DNA of 41,084 bases from a virus (Duplodnaviria > Heunggongvirae > Uroviricota > Caudoviricetes): IMG/VR virus record IMGVR_UViG_2667527588_000007, positions 1 to 41,084 of that record. One strand, given 5' to 3'. Shown piece by piece: positions 17,470 through 27,469 of the stretch. Below the pieces are notes generated by a model, which saw only the letters and a list, made by a program, of their open reading frames with translations, searched no databases and was not told the DNA's origin. A program made the position numbers and the translations under genes. How positions within the stretch are numbered: position 1 is the first letter of the stretch; every line of letters begins with the position of its first letter.

Positions 17470-17508
17470 ATACCCGCGAAAAATGAAATTTAACCAGGAG
17501 TGCCGCAT

Positions 17509-18003
17509 ATGGCTGGAACGGCGGGGCGTTCCGGGCGTCGCCCCAAGCCAACGGCGCGCAAGGCGCTGGCCGGAAACCCCGGCAAGCGAGCCCTGAACAA
17601 AGATGAACCTGTTTTTACGCCCATCAAAGGTGTTGAGCCACCGGAGTGGTTCGCAGAAGAAGATCTCCCTCTCGCCACGATCATGTGGCAACTGACAACC
17701 AAAGAACTCTGCGGTCAGGGCCTGCTGTGCGTGACTGACCTGGCGGTACTTGAGCGGTGGTGCGTGGCCTATGAGTTCTGGCGACGTGCCGTGAAAAATA
17801 TTGCCAGACAGGGCAACACCATCACCGGTGCAATGGGCGGCATGGTCAAAAATCCGGAGCTGACCGCCAAAAAAGAACAGGAGTCCGAGATGAGCAGTAC
17901 GGGGGCAATGCTCGGACTCGACCCCAGCAGCCGCCAGCGTCTGATTGGCCTGGCGGGGCAGAAGAAAGCCACTAACCCGTTTCTGAAAATCATCGAATCA
18001 TGA
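17509..18003 (+). CDS. terS: terminase small subunit (P27-like family)
   Basis: Start [14 protein letters not shown] after AGGAG RBS; position upstream of and overlapping terL. Confidence 0.8.
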   Translation: MAGTAGRSGRRPKPTARKALAGNPGKRALNKDEPVFTPIKGVEPPEWFAEEDLPLATIMWQLTTKELCGQGLLCVTDLAVLERWCVAYEFWRRAVKNIARQGNTITGAMGGMVKNPELTAKKEQESEMSSTGAMLGLDPSSRQRLIGLAGQKKATNPFLKIIES

Positions 18004-19733
18004 GCCGGAAATCTTACCCCAACGTAAATGCTGCCAATCAGTATGCCCGTGATGTCGTGCGCGGAAAGATTGTGGCCTGCCAGTTTGTGATTCAGGCCTG
18101 CCAGCGCCATCTTGATGACCTGATGGAGGAAAAAAGTAAGTCGTTTCGTTACCGCTTCGACAAGGACCTGGCTGAACGGGCCGCGAAATTTATTCAGCTG
18201 TTGCCGCACACCAAGGGTGAGTGGGCATTTAAGAGGATGCCCATCACGCTGGAGCCGTGGCAGCTCTTTGTGATCTGCTGCGCGTTTGGCTGGGTCAATA
18301 AAGGCTCCCGGCTGCGCCGCTTCCGTGAGGTGTATACCGAAATCCCCCGTAAGAACGGCAAATCGGCAATCTCTGCCGGTGTCGCCCTGTATTGTTTTGC
18401 CTGTGATAACGAGTTCGGCGCGGAAGTGTATTCCGGTGCCACGACGGAGAAACAGGCATGGGAAGTCTTTCGTCCGGCAAGACTGATGTGTAAACGCACA
18501 CCCATGCTGACGGAAGCGTTCGGGATTGAGGTTAACGCCTCAAACATGAACCGTCCGGAGGATGGTGCGCGTTTTGAACCGCTGATCGGTAACCCCGGTG
18601 ATGGTTCATCACCCCACTGTGCGGTGGTGGATGAATATCACGAGCACGCCACAGATGCGCTTTACACCACGATGCTTACCGGGATGGGGGCGCGACGTCA
18701 GCCACTGATGTGGGCTATCACTACCGCCGGGTACAACATTGAGGGGCCGTGCTACGACAAACGGCGGGAAGTCATCGAGATGCTCAACGGCTCGGTGCCT
18801 AACGATGAACTGTTCGGGATCATCTATACCGTTGATGAAGGTGACGACTGGACCGACCCGCAGGTGCTGGAAAAAGCCAATCCAAATATTGGCGTGTCGG
18901 TTTATCGCGAATTTTTGTTAAGTCAGCAGCAGCGTGCGAAAAATAACGCCCGTCTGGCAAACGTCTTTAAAACAAAACACCTCAATATCTGGGTGTCGGC
19001 GCGTTCGGCGTATTTCAACCTGGTGAGCTGGCAGAGCTGCGAGGATAAATCACTGACCCTTGAGCAGTTCGAGGGGCAGCCGTGCATTCTGGCCTTTGAC
19101 CTGGCGCGTAAGCTGGATATGAACAGCATGGCGCGACTTTATACCCGCGAGATTGACGGTAAAACGCATTACTACAGTGTGGCCCCGCGTTTCTGGGTAC
19201 CGTATGACACGGTGTACAGCGTCGAGAAAAATGAAGATCGACGGACAGCCGAACGCTTTCAGAAATGGGTGGAAATGGGCGTTCTGACCGTTACCGATGG
19301 TGCGGAGGTGGATTATCGCTACATCCTCGAGGAGGCCAAAGCGGCGAACAAAATCAGCCCGGTCAGTGAGTCACCCATCGACCCCTTCGGGGCGACCGGG
19401 TTGTCACATGACCTTGCTGATGAAGACCTGAACCCCATCACTATCATTCAGAACTACACCAACATGTCCGACCCGATGAAAGAGCTGGAAGCGGCAATTG
19501 AATCGGGGCGCTTTCATCATGATGGCAATCCCATCATGACCTGGTGTATCGGCAACGTGGTCGGCAAAACCATTCCGGGTAACGATGATGTGGTGAAGCC
19601 CGTCAAAGAGCAGGCGGAAAACAAAATCGATGGTGCAGTTGCGCTGATTATGGCGGTTGGCAGAGCCATGCTGTATGAGAAAGAAGACACTCTGTCCGAC
19701 CACATTGAGTCCTACGGGATCCGCTCGCTTTAA
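18000..19733 (+). CDS. terL: terminase large subunit
   Basis: 577 aa; ATPase and nuclease regions in terminase_1-like arrangement (VVDEYHEH Walker B-like); ATGA coupling to terS. Confidence 0.9.
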   Translation: MSRKSYPNVNAANQYARDVVRGKIVACQFVIQACQRHLDDLMEEKSKSFRYRFDKDLAERAAKFIQLLPHTKGEWAFKRMPITLEPWQLFVICCAFGWVNKGSRLRRFREVYTEIPRKNGKSAISAGVALYCFACDNEFGAEVYSGATTEKQAWEVFRPARLMCKRTPMLTEAFGIEVNASNMNRPEDGARFEPLIGNPGDGSSPHCAVVDEYHEHATDALYTTMLTGMGARRQPLMWAITTAGYNIEGPCYDKRREVIEMLNGSVPNDELFGIIYTVDEGDDWTDPQVLEKANPNIGVSVYREFLLSQQQRAKNNARLANVFKTKHLNIWVSARSAYFNLVSWQSCEDKSLTLEQFEGQPCILAFDLARKLDMNSMARLYTREIDGKTHYYSVAPRFWVPYDTVYSVEKNEDRRTAERFQKWVEMGVLTVTDGAEVDYRYILEEAKAANKISPVSESPIDPFGATGLSHDLADEDLNPITIIQNYTNMSDPMKELEAAIESGRFHHDGNPIMTWCIGNVVGKTIPGNDDVVKPVKEQAENKIDGAVALIMAVGRAMLYEKEDTLSDHIESYGIRSL

Positions 19734-19744
19734 CTGAGGTAATT

Positions 19745-19927
19745 ATGATCATGCTGATTCTCGCGCCTCTGGTGGGCGTGCTGGGGGTGCTTTTGCTGGC
19801 GTATGGTGCCTGGCTGATTTATCCCCCGGCGGGGTTTGTTGTTGCCGGGGCGTTGTGCCTGTTCTGGTCGTGGCTGGTGGCGCGATATCTCGACCGTACA
19901 CAGTCGTCTGTCGGCGGAGGTAAATAG
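19745..19927 (+). CDS. small hydrophobic membrane protein
   Basis: 60 aa, two predicted TM segments; GAGGT RBS; between terL and portal. Confidence 0.5.
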   Translation: MIMLILAPLVGVLGVLLLAYGAWLIYPPAGFVVAGALCLFWSWLVARYLDRTQSSVGGGK

Positions 19928-21168
19928 TGTTCTTTTCGGGATTATTTCAACGAAAAAGTGACGCACCGATGACCACGCCAGCAGAGCTGGCGGATGCTAT
20001 CGGGTTGTCCTACGACACCTATACCGGAAAGCAGATCAGCAGCCAGCGGGCCATGCGACTGACGGCGGTTTTTTCCTGTGTCAGGGTGCTGGCGGAGTCG
20101 GTCGGGATGTTGCCCTGCAACCTGTATCACCTGAACGGCAGCCTGAAGCAGAGAGCCACTGGCGAACGTCTGCATAAGCTGATCTCCACGCATCCCAATG
20201 GCTATATGACGCCGCAGGAGTTCTGGGAGCTGGTGGTCACCTGTCTGTGCCTGCGGGGAAACTTTTACGCCTACAAAGTGAAAGCATTTGGCGAAGTGGC
20301 TGAACTGCTGCCCGTCGATCCCGGCTGTGTGGTACCGAAGCTTAACAGTAGCTGGGAGCCGGTCTATCAGGTCACATTCCCGGATGGCTCCACGGATGTA
20401 CTGAGCCAGGAAGATATCTGGCATGTGCGCACGCTGACGCTGGACGGACTGGTGGGGCTGAATCCCATCGCCTATGCCCGCGAGGCAATATCGCTGGCGG
20501 CAGCGACCGAAGAGCACGGGGCCAGACTGTTCAGCAATGGCGCGGTGACGTCGGGTGTGTTGCGTACAGAGCAGACGCTGTCAGATCAGGCTTATGAGCG
20601 CCTGAAGAAAGATTTTGAGGAGCGTCACACCGGGCTTGGCAATGCTCACCGCCCGATGATCCTTGAGATGGGGCTGGACTGGAAGTCGATGGCGCTGAAC
20701 GCCGAGGACAGCCAGTTCCTGGAAACCCGCAAGTTTCAGCTTGAAGAAATCTGTCGTCTGTTCCGGGTGCCATTGCACATGGTGCAGAACACCGATCGCG
20801 CCACCTTCAACAATATCGAAGAGCTGGGGCTGGGATTTATCAACTATTCACTGGTGCCGTATCTGACCCGCATTGAGCAGCGGATCAACACCGGACTGGT
20901 ACGAAAAAGTAAGCAGGGCGTTTATTACGCCAAATTTAACGCCGGGGCCTTACTGCGCGGGGATATGAAGTCCCGTTTTGAAGCCTACGCTACCGGGATC
21001 AACTGGGGAATTTACTCTCCCAATGACTGCCGCGACCTGGAAGATATGAATCCGCGTCCCGGTGGTGATGTCTATCTCACACCGATGAACATGACCACGA
21101 AACCCTCCGATGGCAGTAAAGCCGGTAAGCAGAAGGATAACGCCAATGCAGACGAAACAACGTCTTGA
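19927..21168 (+). CDS. portal protein (HK97 family)
   Basis: GTG start after GGAGG RBS; 413 aa; follows terminase; HK97-type portal arrangement. Confidence 0.85.
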   Translation: MFFSGLFQRKSDAPMTTPAELADAIGLSYDTYTGKQISSQRAMRLTAVFSCVRVLAESVGMLPCNLYHLNGSLKQRATGERLHKLISTHPNGYMTPQEFWELVVTCLCLRGNFYAYKVKAFGEVAELLPVDPGCVVPKLNSSWEPVYQVTFPDGSTDVLSQEDIWHVRTLTLDGLVGLNPIAYAREAISLAAATEEHGARLFSNGAVTSGVLRTEQTLSDQAYERLKKDFEERHTGLGNAHRPMILEMGLDWKSMALNAEDSQFLETRKFQLEEICRLFRVPLHMVQNTDRATFNNIEELGLGFINYSLVPYLTRIEQRINTGLVRKSKQGVYYAKFNAGALLRGDMKSRFEAYATGINWGIYSPNDCRDLEDMNPRPGGDVYLTPMNMTTKPSDGSKAGKQKDNANADETTS

Positions 21169-21796
21169 TGTACCGCTGAGTCTGAAATCTGTCAGTGACT
21201 CCGGTGAGTTTGAAGGGTATGGCTCCGTCTTTGGTGTAAAGGACAGCCACGATGATGTGGTGATGTCAGGGGCATTTGCCGCTTCCCTGCGGGCGTGGAG
21301 TGACAGAAAAGCGTTACCTGCGCTGCTCTGGCAGCACCGCATGGATGAACCCATCGGTGTTTACACCGAAATGAAGGAAGACGATGTCGGGCTTTACGTC
21401 AGGGGACGGTTGCTTATTGATGATGATCCCCTCGCAAAACGCGCACATGCACACATGAAGGCCGGTTCGTTAACCGGCCTTTCTATTGGGTACGTCCTGA
21501 AAGACTGGGAATACGACCGGACGAAAGAAGCCTTTCTGCTGAAAGAAATCGACCTCTGGGAAGTCAGTCTGGTGACGTTCCCGTCTAACGACGAGGCGCG
21601 GATCAGCGACGTCAAGAACGCGCTGGCCCGCGGGGAAATCCCCGAACAGAAAAAAATCGAAAGAGTCCTGCGTGATGTCGGACTCTCCCGTACCCTGGCC
21701 AAAGCATTCATGGCCGGGGGCTATGGCGCACTGTCCCTGCGCGACGCTGAGGATGTGAGCTCTGCACTGAATGCACTGAAAAATCTGAACTTCTAA
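21146..21796 (+). CDS. prohead protease (HK97 family)
   Basis: Start MQTKQRLDVPL overlapping portal 3' end; FEGYGSVFGVKDSHDDVV ... SIGY region typical of HK97-type protease. Confidence 0.8.
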   Translation: MQTKQRLDVPLSLKSVSDSGEFEGYGSVFGVKDSHDDVVMSGAFAASLRAWSDRKALPALLWQHRMDEPIGVYTEMKEDDVGLYVRGRLLIDDDPLAKRAHAHMKAGSLTGLSIGYVLKDWEYDRTKEAFLLKEIDLWEVSLVTFPSNDEARISDVKNALARGEIPEQKKIERVLRDVGLSRTLAKAFMAGGYGALSLRDAEDVSSALNALKNLNF

Positions 21797-21810
21797 TCAG
21801 GAGAAATACG

Positions 21811-23016
21811 ATGGCGGTAGATATTAAAGATGTCGAACAGGTCGCGCAGGAGCTGCAGCAGAAGTTTGACGACTTCAAAGCAAAGAACGACAAGCGCGTG
21901 GATGCGATTGAGCAGGAAAAAGGCAAGCTTGCCGGGCAGGTGGAAACCCTGAACGGGAAACTCAGCGAGCTGGAAAACCTCAAAAGCGATCTTGAAAAAG
22001 AGCTGCTTGAGCTGAAACGTCCGGCAGGTGGTGCGCAAAATAAACTGGCCACCGAGCATAAAGAAGCGTTTGTGGGCTTCCTGCGTAAAGGCCGTGAAGA
22101 TGGTCTGCGCGATCTGGAGCGCAAGGCATTACAGGTGGGCACCGATGAAGACGGCGGCTATGCCGTGCCGGAAGCACTGGATCGCAACATTCTCACCCTG
22201 CTGAAAGATGAAGTGGTGATGCGCCAGGAAGCCACGGTGATCACCGTTGGTGGTTCCGACTACAAAAAACTGGTGAATCTGGGCGGCACGGCTTCCGGAT
22301 GGGTTGGCGAGACTGACGCGCGCTCCCAGACTGCCACCTCAAAACTGGGCCTGATTGAACCTTTCATGGGGGAAATCTACGGTAACCCGCAGGCCACCCA
22401 GAAAATGCTGGATGATGCCTTTTTCAACGTGGAAGCATGGATCAACAGCGAGCTGGCAACCGAATTTGCCGAACAGGAAGAAATTGCCTTTACCACCGGC
22501 GATGGTACCAAGAAGCCGAAAGGGTTCCTGGCGTATGAATCCACGGATGAAACCGATAAGGTCCGGGCGTTCGGCAAACTTCAGCATATTGTATCCGGCG
22601 ACGCGACGGCGGTGACCGCAGACGCCATTATCAAACTGATTTACACGCTGCGTAAGGCACACCGCACCGGCGCGAAGTTCATGATGAACAACAATAGCCT
22701 GTTTGCCATCCGTCTGCTGAAAGACAGCGAGGGTAACTATCTGTGGCGTCCGGGGCTGGAGCTGGGGCAGCCGTCCTCTCTGGCGGGTTACGGTATCGCT
22801 GAAAACGAACAGATGCCGGATATCGCCGCTGATGCGAAAGCCATTGCATTTGGTAACTTCAAACGGGGTTACACCATCGTTGACCGTATCGGCACCCGCA
22901 TTCTGCGTGACCCGTACACCAATAAACCGTTTGTCGGTTTTTATACCACCAAACGCACCGGCGGCATGCTGGTCGATTCGCAGGCCATCAAACTGCTGAA
23001 GATTGCAGTGGCGTAA
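21811..23016 (+). CDS. major capsid protein (HK97 fold, N-terminal delta/scaffold domain)
   Basis: 401 aa; coiled-coil N-terminal domain followed by capsid domain; AGGAGA RBS; gene order portal-protease-capsid. Confidence 0.9.
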   Translation: MAVDIKDVEQVAQELQQKFDDFKAKNDKRVDAIEQEKGKLAGQVETLNGKLSELENLKSDLEKELLELKRPAGGAQNKLATEHKEAFVGFLRKGREDGLRDLERKALQVGTDEDGGYAVPEALDRNILTLLKDEVVMRQEATVITVGGSDYKKLVNLGGTASGWVGETDARSQTATSKLGLIEPFMGEIYGNPQATQKMLDDAFFNVEAWINSELATEFAEQEEIAFTTGDGTKKPKGFLAYESTDETDKVRAFGKLQHIVSGDATAVTADAIIKLIYTLRKAHRTGAKFMMNNNSLFAIRLLKDSEGNYLWRPGLELGQPSSLAGYGIAENEQMPDIAADAKAIAFGNFKRGYTIVDRIGTRILRDPYTNKPFVGFYTTKRTGGMLVDSQAIKLLKIAVA

Positions 23017-23023
23017 TCACTCA

Positions 23024-23050
23024 GGGGCGCGGAACCGCGCCCCTGTTCTG
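23024..23050 (+). terminator. GC-rich hairpin after capsid gene (attenuator-like)
   Basis: GGGGCGCGG-AA-CCGCGCCCC then TGTTCTG. Confidence 0.4.
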
Positions 23051-23064
23051 ACGGGTGAAGAATC

Positions 23065-23265
23065 ATGATCCTGAAACAAGATCTGAAATGGTCACCGGAC
23101 GGTATGCGTGTTGAGGTCATTCGGGCCGGTGAGTATGACGACGGGGCGCTTCATGCCCGGGTGCAGGAGATTGCACTTCAGGCCGGGTTAGCAGAGCGCG
23201 GAACCAGTGCAAAAAGCAGTAAAGCGACAAAAGAGAAAAAAGCCACGACCAGTAAAGAGGGCTGA
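23065..23265 (+). CDS. hypothetical small head-module protein
   Basis: 66-aa ORF between capsid and connector genes; Lys/Ser-rich C-terminus. Confidence 0.45.
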   Translation: MILKQDLKWSPDGMRVEVIRAGEYDDGALHARVQEIALQAGLAERGTSAKSSKATKEKKATTSKEG

Positions 23266-23267
23266 GT

Positions 23268-23591
23268 ATGCTTCTGACAATGGAAGAGATTAAAGCCCAA
23301 CTCCGGCTGGATGAGGATTTCGATACTGATGACCGCCATCTGCAACTGCTGGCCTGTGCGGCACAAAAGCGGACGGAAACGTATCTGAACCGGACGCTCT
23401 ATGCACCGGATGAAACCATTCCGGACAACGATCCGGACGGTCTGCACCTGCCGGATGATATTCGTCTGGGGATGCTGATGCTTATCAGCCATTTTTACGA
23501 AAACCGCTCGTCGGTTACGGAAGTGGAGAAACTCGACATGCCGCAGAGTTTTGGCTGGCTTGTTGGCCCGTACAGGTACTTTCCGCAATGA
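23268..23591 (+). CDS. head-tail connector protein (gp6-like)
   Basis: 107 aa; position and size typical of HK97-type head-tail connector; acidic N-terminus. Confidence 0.65.
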   Translation: MLLTMEEIKAQLRLDEDFDTDDRHLQLLACAAQKRTETYLNRTLYAPDETIPDNDPDGLHLPDDIRLGMLMLISHFYENRSSVTEVEKLDMPQSFGWLVGPYRYFPQ

Positions 23592-23998
23592 AAATTCGTC
23601 AGGCGCAGACCAGCGCAACCTACATTCTGCCGGACCCCGGCGAACTGAATAAACGCGTCCTGATTCGCCAGCGGGTGGATATGCCCGCGGATAACTTTGG
23701 CGTGGAGCCTCAATACCCGGTTACGTTCCGGACATGGGCGAAGGTTATCCAGACCAGTGCCACCACCTGGCAGGAAACCGCGCAGACCGGGGACGCCATC
23801 ACCCATTACATCACCATTCGTTACCGCCGGGGGATCACCGCTGATTATGAGGTGGTCTGCGGTGACAGTGTGTACCGGGTGAAACGTCAGCGCGATCTGA
23901 ACGGGGCGCGGCGCTTTCTGCTGCTGGAGTGTACGGAGCTGGGCGAATGTAGGCAGAGTCACGGAGGCAACAATGACGACTTCCTTTTTGCACGTTGA
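23588..23998 (+). CDS. head closure / head-tail adaptor protein
   Basis: 136 aa, ATGA-coupled to upstream gene. Confidence 0.6.
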   Translation: MKIRQAQTSATYILPDPGELNKRVLIRQRVDMPADNFGVEPQYPVTFRTWAKVIQTSATTWQETAQTGDAITHYITIRYRRGITADYEVVCGDSVYRVKRQRDLNGARRFLLLECTELGECRQSHGGNNDDFLFAR

Positions 23999-24479
23999 TT
24001 TTCAGCAGCCCGCGGAGATGCGCTTTAACCGCGCCCGTGTCCGGCGGGCGTTTGTCACGATTGGTCAGCGTCATATGCGTGATGCCCGTCGGCTGGTGAT
24101 GCGCCGTGCGCGGTCGGCAGCGGGTGAAAACCCCGGTTATCAGACCGGACGCCTGGCTCGTTCGATTGGTTACATGGTACCCAGAGCCAGTAAACATCGC
24201 CCTGGTTTTATGGCACGTATAGCCCCTAACCAGCGTAATGGAGAGGGAAACCGTCGTATCACCGGTGATTTTTATCCGGCTTTTTTGTTCTATGGCGTGA
24301 GGCGAGGGGCAAAGCGTCGTCGCAGCCATCATCGTGGTGCATCCGGTGGCAGCGGCTGGCGACTGGCTCCACGTAATAACTTCATGGTGGAAACGCTTGA
24401 AAAGAACCGCAGCTGGACACGCTATTTTCTGGCGCGGGAATTGCGTAAATCACTGAAGCCGGAGAGACGACACAGATGA
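23973..24479 (+). CDS. HK97 gp10-like tail-component protein
   Basis: 168 aa, Arg-rich, in head-tail joining module. Confidence 0.6.
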   Translation: MTTSFLHVDFQQPAEMRFNRARVRRAFVTIGQRHMRDARRLVMRRARSAAGENPGYQTGRLARSIGYMVPRASKHRPGFMARIAPNQRNGEGNRRITGDFYPAFLFYGVRRGAKRRRSHHRGASGGSGWRLAPRNNFMVETLEKNRSWTRYFLARELRKSLKPERRHR

Positions 24480-25036
24480 AACTGACGCCTGTTATTGCTG
24501 CACTGCGTGCCCGCTGTCCGTATTTTGAAAACCGGGTTGCAGGCGCGGCACAGTTCAAAAATCTGCCGGAGGTCGGAAAGCTGAGACTCCCGGCGGCGTA
24601 TGTGGTACCGGGTGATGACTCTCCGGGAGAAAACAAAAGCCAGACCGACTACTGGCAGGAGCTGAAAGAGGGCTTCTCCGTGGTTGTCATACTGAGTAAC
24701 GGGCGTGATGAGCGCGGTCAGTTTGCCTCGTATGATGTGGTGGACGATGTCCGGCAGATGCTCTTTAAGGCCCTGCTGGGCTGGAACCCGGAAGCGTGCG
24801 GTAACCCGATTACCTATGACGGCGGCACGCTGCTGGATCTGAATCGTCATGAGCTGATTTATCAGTTCGATTTTTCGGTCATCAGCGAGCTGACTGAAGA
24901 CGATACCCGCCAGCAGGATGATCTGAACAGTCTGGATGAACTGCAAACGCTGGCGATTGATGTTGATTATCTCGAGCCCGGTAACGGGCCTGACGGCGAT
25001 ATCGAACATCACATCGAAATAACCCTTCCTTCCTGA
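24476..25036 (+). CDS. tail completion protein (Mu gp37-like)
   Basis: 186 aa immediately upstream of sheath gene in Mu-like tail module. Confidence 0.5.
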   Translation: MKLTPVIAALRARCPYFENRVAGAAQFKNLPEVGKLRLPAAYVVPGDDSPGENKSQTDYWQELKEGFSVVVILSNGRDERGQFASYDVVDDVRQMLFKALLGWNPEACGNPITYDGGTLLDLNRHELIYQFDFSVISELTEDDTRQQDDLNSLDELQTLAIDVDYLEPGNGPDGDIEHHIEITLPS

Positions 25037-25044
25037 GGATCCTC

Positions 25045-25215
25045 ATGTTTGTCAAACCTGTTAAAGGGCGGTCAGTTCCTGACCCTGCCCGCGGCGACCT
25101 TTTGCCCGCCGAAGGGCGAAATGTTGACGAGAACAACTACTGGCTGCGCCGTGAAGCAGCGGGTGATATCCGGCGCGTGAATAAAAAGGTGAACACCGAT
25201 GACGATAAGCTTTAA
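25045..25215 (+). CDS. small hypothetical protein overlapping sheath start
   Basis: 56-aa ORF (MFVKPVKGRSVPDPARGDLLP...) with GAGGA RBS; not in ORF track because under 60 aa. Confidence 0.35.
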   Translation: MFVKPVKGRSVPDPARGDLLPAEGRNVDENNYWLRREAAGDIRRVNKKVNTDDDKL

Positions 25216-26695
25216 CACCATTCCGTCGAATACGCTGGTTCCGCTGTTTTATGCGGAAATGGATAACCAGGCGGCGAATACTGCACAGGACAGCGGAGCA
25301 TCGCTGCTGATTGGTCATGCCAATAACGGTGCAGAGATTGTTGCCAACAGTCTGGTACTGATGTCGTCGGCAGACTATGCACGCCAGATTTGTGGTGCGG
25401 GAAGTCAGCTGGCGCGTATGGTCGAGGCTTATCGCCAGACCGACCCGTTTGGCGAGCTGTATGTGATTGCCGTTCCTGAATCCACAGGCGCGGCGGCAAC
25501 GGTTACGCTGACGGTGACCGGGGCGGCAACCGAAACCGGCACGGTGAATGTCTATGTGGGACGTACCCGCGTGCAGGCTCCGGTGACCAACGGCGATAAC
25601 GTCACGACGATTGCCAGCAGTATCAAAGATGCCATCAATGCCGTTCCGGCCCTGCCGTTTACGGCTTCATCTTCGGCAGGCGTGGTCACACTGACCGCGC
25701 GTCATAAGGGGCTTTGCGGGAATGAAATTCCTGTCAGCCTCAATTACTACGGCTTTGGTGGGGGCGAAGTGCTGCCAGCGGGCGTACAGATTGCCGTGGC
25801 GACGGGTACCGCCGGAACGGGTGCTCCGGTTCTCACCGGCGCGGTGGCTGCAATGGCGGATGAGCCGTTTGATTATATCGGTCTGCCGTTCAACGACACG
25901 GCCTCCGTTAACACGCTGGTGACCGAGATGAACGATACCAGCGGTCGCTGGAGCTATGCGCGTCAGCTGTATGGTCATGTGTATACGGCAAAGATCGGCA
26001 CGCTGTCAGAACTGGTGACCGCAGGTGACCAGTTTAACCAGCAGCACATTACCCTGGCGGGGTACGAAAAAGAGACCCAGACGCCTGCCGACGAACTGGC
26101 GGCAAGCCGTACCGCCCGCGCAGCGGTGTTTATTCGCAACGATCCGGCACGTCCCACGCAGACCGGTGAGCTGGTGGGTATGCTGCCTGCGCCGAAGGGG
26201 AAACGGTTCACGATGACCGAACAACAGACCCTGCTGTCTCATGGCGTGGCAACGGCGTATGTCGAAAGCGGGGTACTGCGCATTCAGCGTGATGTCACCA
26301 CGTACAGGAAAAACGCTTACGGGGTTGCGGATAACAGCTACCTAGACAGTGAGACTCTGCATACCAGCGCGTATGTACTGCGCAAACTGAAATCCGTCAT
26401 TACCAGTAAGTACGGGCGTCACAAGCTTGCCAGTGACGGTACCCGCTTTGGTCCCGGTCAGGCGATTGTCACCCCGGCGGTGATCAAAGGGGAACTGCTG
26501 GCAACCTACCATCAGCTTGAGCGTGCGGGGATCGTGGAAAACTACGAACTGTTTAAGCAGTACCTGGTTGTGGAGCGTGATGCCAGCGATCCGAACCGCC
26601 TGAACACGCTGTTCCCGCCTGACTATGTTAACCAGTTGCGTGTCTTTGCCGTGGTTAACCAGTTCCGTCTTCAGTATTCAGAGGAGTCCGCATAA
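25199..26695 (+). CDS. contractile tail sheath protein (Mu gpL-like)
   Basis: 498 aa; AAGGTG RBS; followed directly by tube gene; Mu-like sheath family by recalled similarity. Confidence 0.85.
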   Translation: MTISFNTIPSNTLVPLFYAEMDNQAANTAQDSGASLLIGHANNGAEIVANSLVLMSSADYARQICGAGSQLARMVEAYRQTDPFGELYVIAVPESTGAAATVTLTVTGAATETGTVNVYVGRTRVQAPVTNGDNVTTIASSIKDAINAVPALPFTASSSAGVVTLTARHKGLCGNEIPVSLNYYGFGGGEVLPAGVQIAVATGTAGTGAPVLTGAVAAMADEPFDYIGLPFNDTASVNTLVTEMNDTSGRWSYARQLYGHVYTAKIGTLSELVTAGDQFNQQHITLAGYEKETQTPADELAASRTARAAVFIRNDPARPTQTGELVGMLPAPKGKRFTMTEQQTLLSHGVATAYVESGVLRIQRDVTTYRKNAYGVADNSYLDSETLHTSAYVLRKLKSVITSKYGRHKLASDGTRFGPGQAIVTPAVIKGELLATYHQLERAGIVENYELFKQYLVVERDASDPNRLNTLFPPDYVNQLRVFAVVNQFRLQYSEESA

Positions 26696-27051
26696 TGGCC
26701 CGTATCGGGGGAACCTGTTATTTCAAAATTGACGGTCAGCAGCTATCGCTGACCGGCGGCATTGAGGTGCCCATGAACAGGACGGTCAATGATGACATCA
26801 TCGGCCTGGACGGTTCAGTGGACCGCAAGGAAACTCACCGTGCGCCTTATGTCAAAGGGACCTTCAAGGTGCCGAAGAATTTTCCGGTGAGCAAAATCAC
26901 TTCGTCTGATGAGATGACCATCACTGCCGAGCTGGCGAACGGTCAGGTCTATGTATTGTCGTCCGCCTGGCTGCACGGCGAAGCGAACCATAATGCCGAA
27001 GAAGGCACGGTTGATCTTGAGTTCCACGGTGAAGAAGGGGATTACCAGTAA
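26695..27051 (+). CDS. tail tube protein
   Basis: 118 aa, GAGGAG RBS, stop overlaps next start; sheath-tube order. Confidence 0.8.
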   Translation: MARIGGTCYFKIDGQQLSLTGGIEVPMNRTVNDDIIGLDGSVDRKETHRAPYVKGTFKVPKNFPVSKITSSDEMTITAELANGQVYVLSSAWLHGEANHNAEEGTVDLEFHGEEGDYQ

Positions 27052-27320
27052 TGAAAGAGCTTGAGTTAAAGAAACCGATTATCGCTCATGGTGAGACACT
27101 CTCCGTACTGGAGTTTGATGAACCCACCGGGAAGGATGTCCGCGAGCTGGGGTATCCCTACCAGATGAATCAGGATGAGTCCGTCAGACTTCTGGCGCAT
27201 GTGGTGTCGAAATACATTGTGCGGCTGGCGAAAGTGCCGCAAAGCTCTGTCGACCAGATGTCTCCGGCAGACCTGAATGCAGCGGCGTGGCTTGTGGCTG
27301 GTTTTTTCCTCCAGGCCTGA
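27051..27320 (+). CDS. tail assembly chaperone (frame 0 product)
   Basis: 89-aa ORF between tube and tape measure; contains slippery TTTTTTC at 27302-27308. Confidence 0.7.
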   Translation: MKELELKKPIIAHGETLSVLEFDEPTGKDVRELGYPYQMNQDESVRLLAHVVSKYIVRLAKVPQSSVDQMSPADLNAAAWLVAGFFLQA

Positions 27321-27469
27321 CGGCTGAATACCTCACTGATCGCTTCTTTGACTGCGCCAGCTACTGGCGCATTAATCCCTTCGAATTGCTGAATATGCCG
27401 ATCAGTGAAATTCCCTTGCTGGTCAGTCAGGCAAACAGGATAGAGCAGGAGAAACGCACACATGGCTGA
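27287..27469 (+). CDS. tail assembly chaperone -1 frameshift extension
   Basis: -1 frame ORF beginning at the slippery site (FFPPGLTAEY...) and ending 8 nt into tape measure gene. Confidence 0.6.
   Translation: MACGWFFPPGLTAEYLTDRFFDCASYWRINPFELLNMPISEIPLLVSQANRIEQEKRTHG

Noticed and set aside
19942-20778. Minus-strand ORFs 19942-20517, 20531-20773 and 20581-20778 inside the portal gene
   Set aside because: Antisense to a confidently assigned portal gene; Arg/Gly/Pro-rich translations typical of GC-rich antisense frames.
21394-22177. Minus-strand ORFs overlapping protease and major capsid genes
   Set aside because: Ser/Arg-rich low-complexity antisense translations without RBS.
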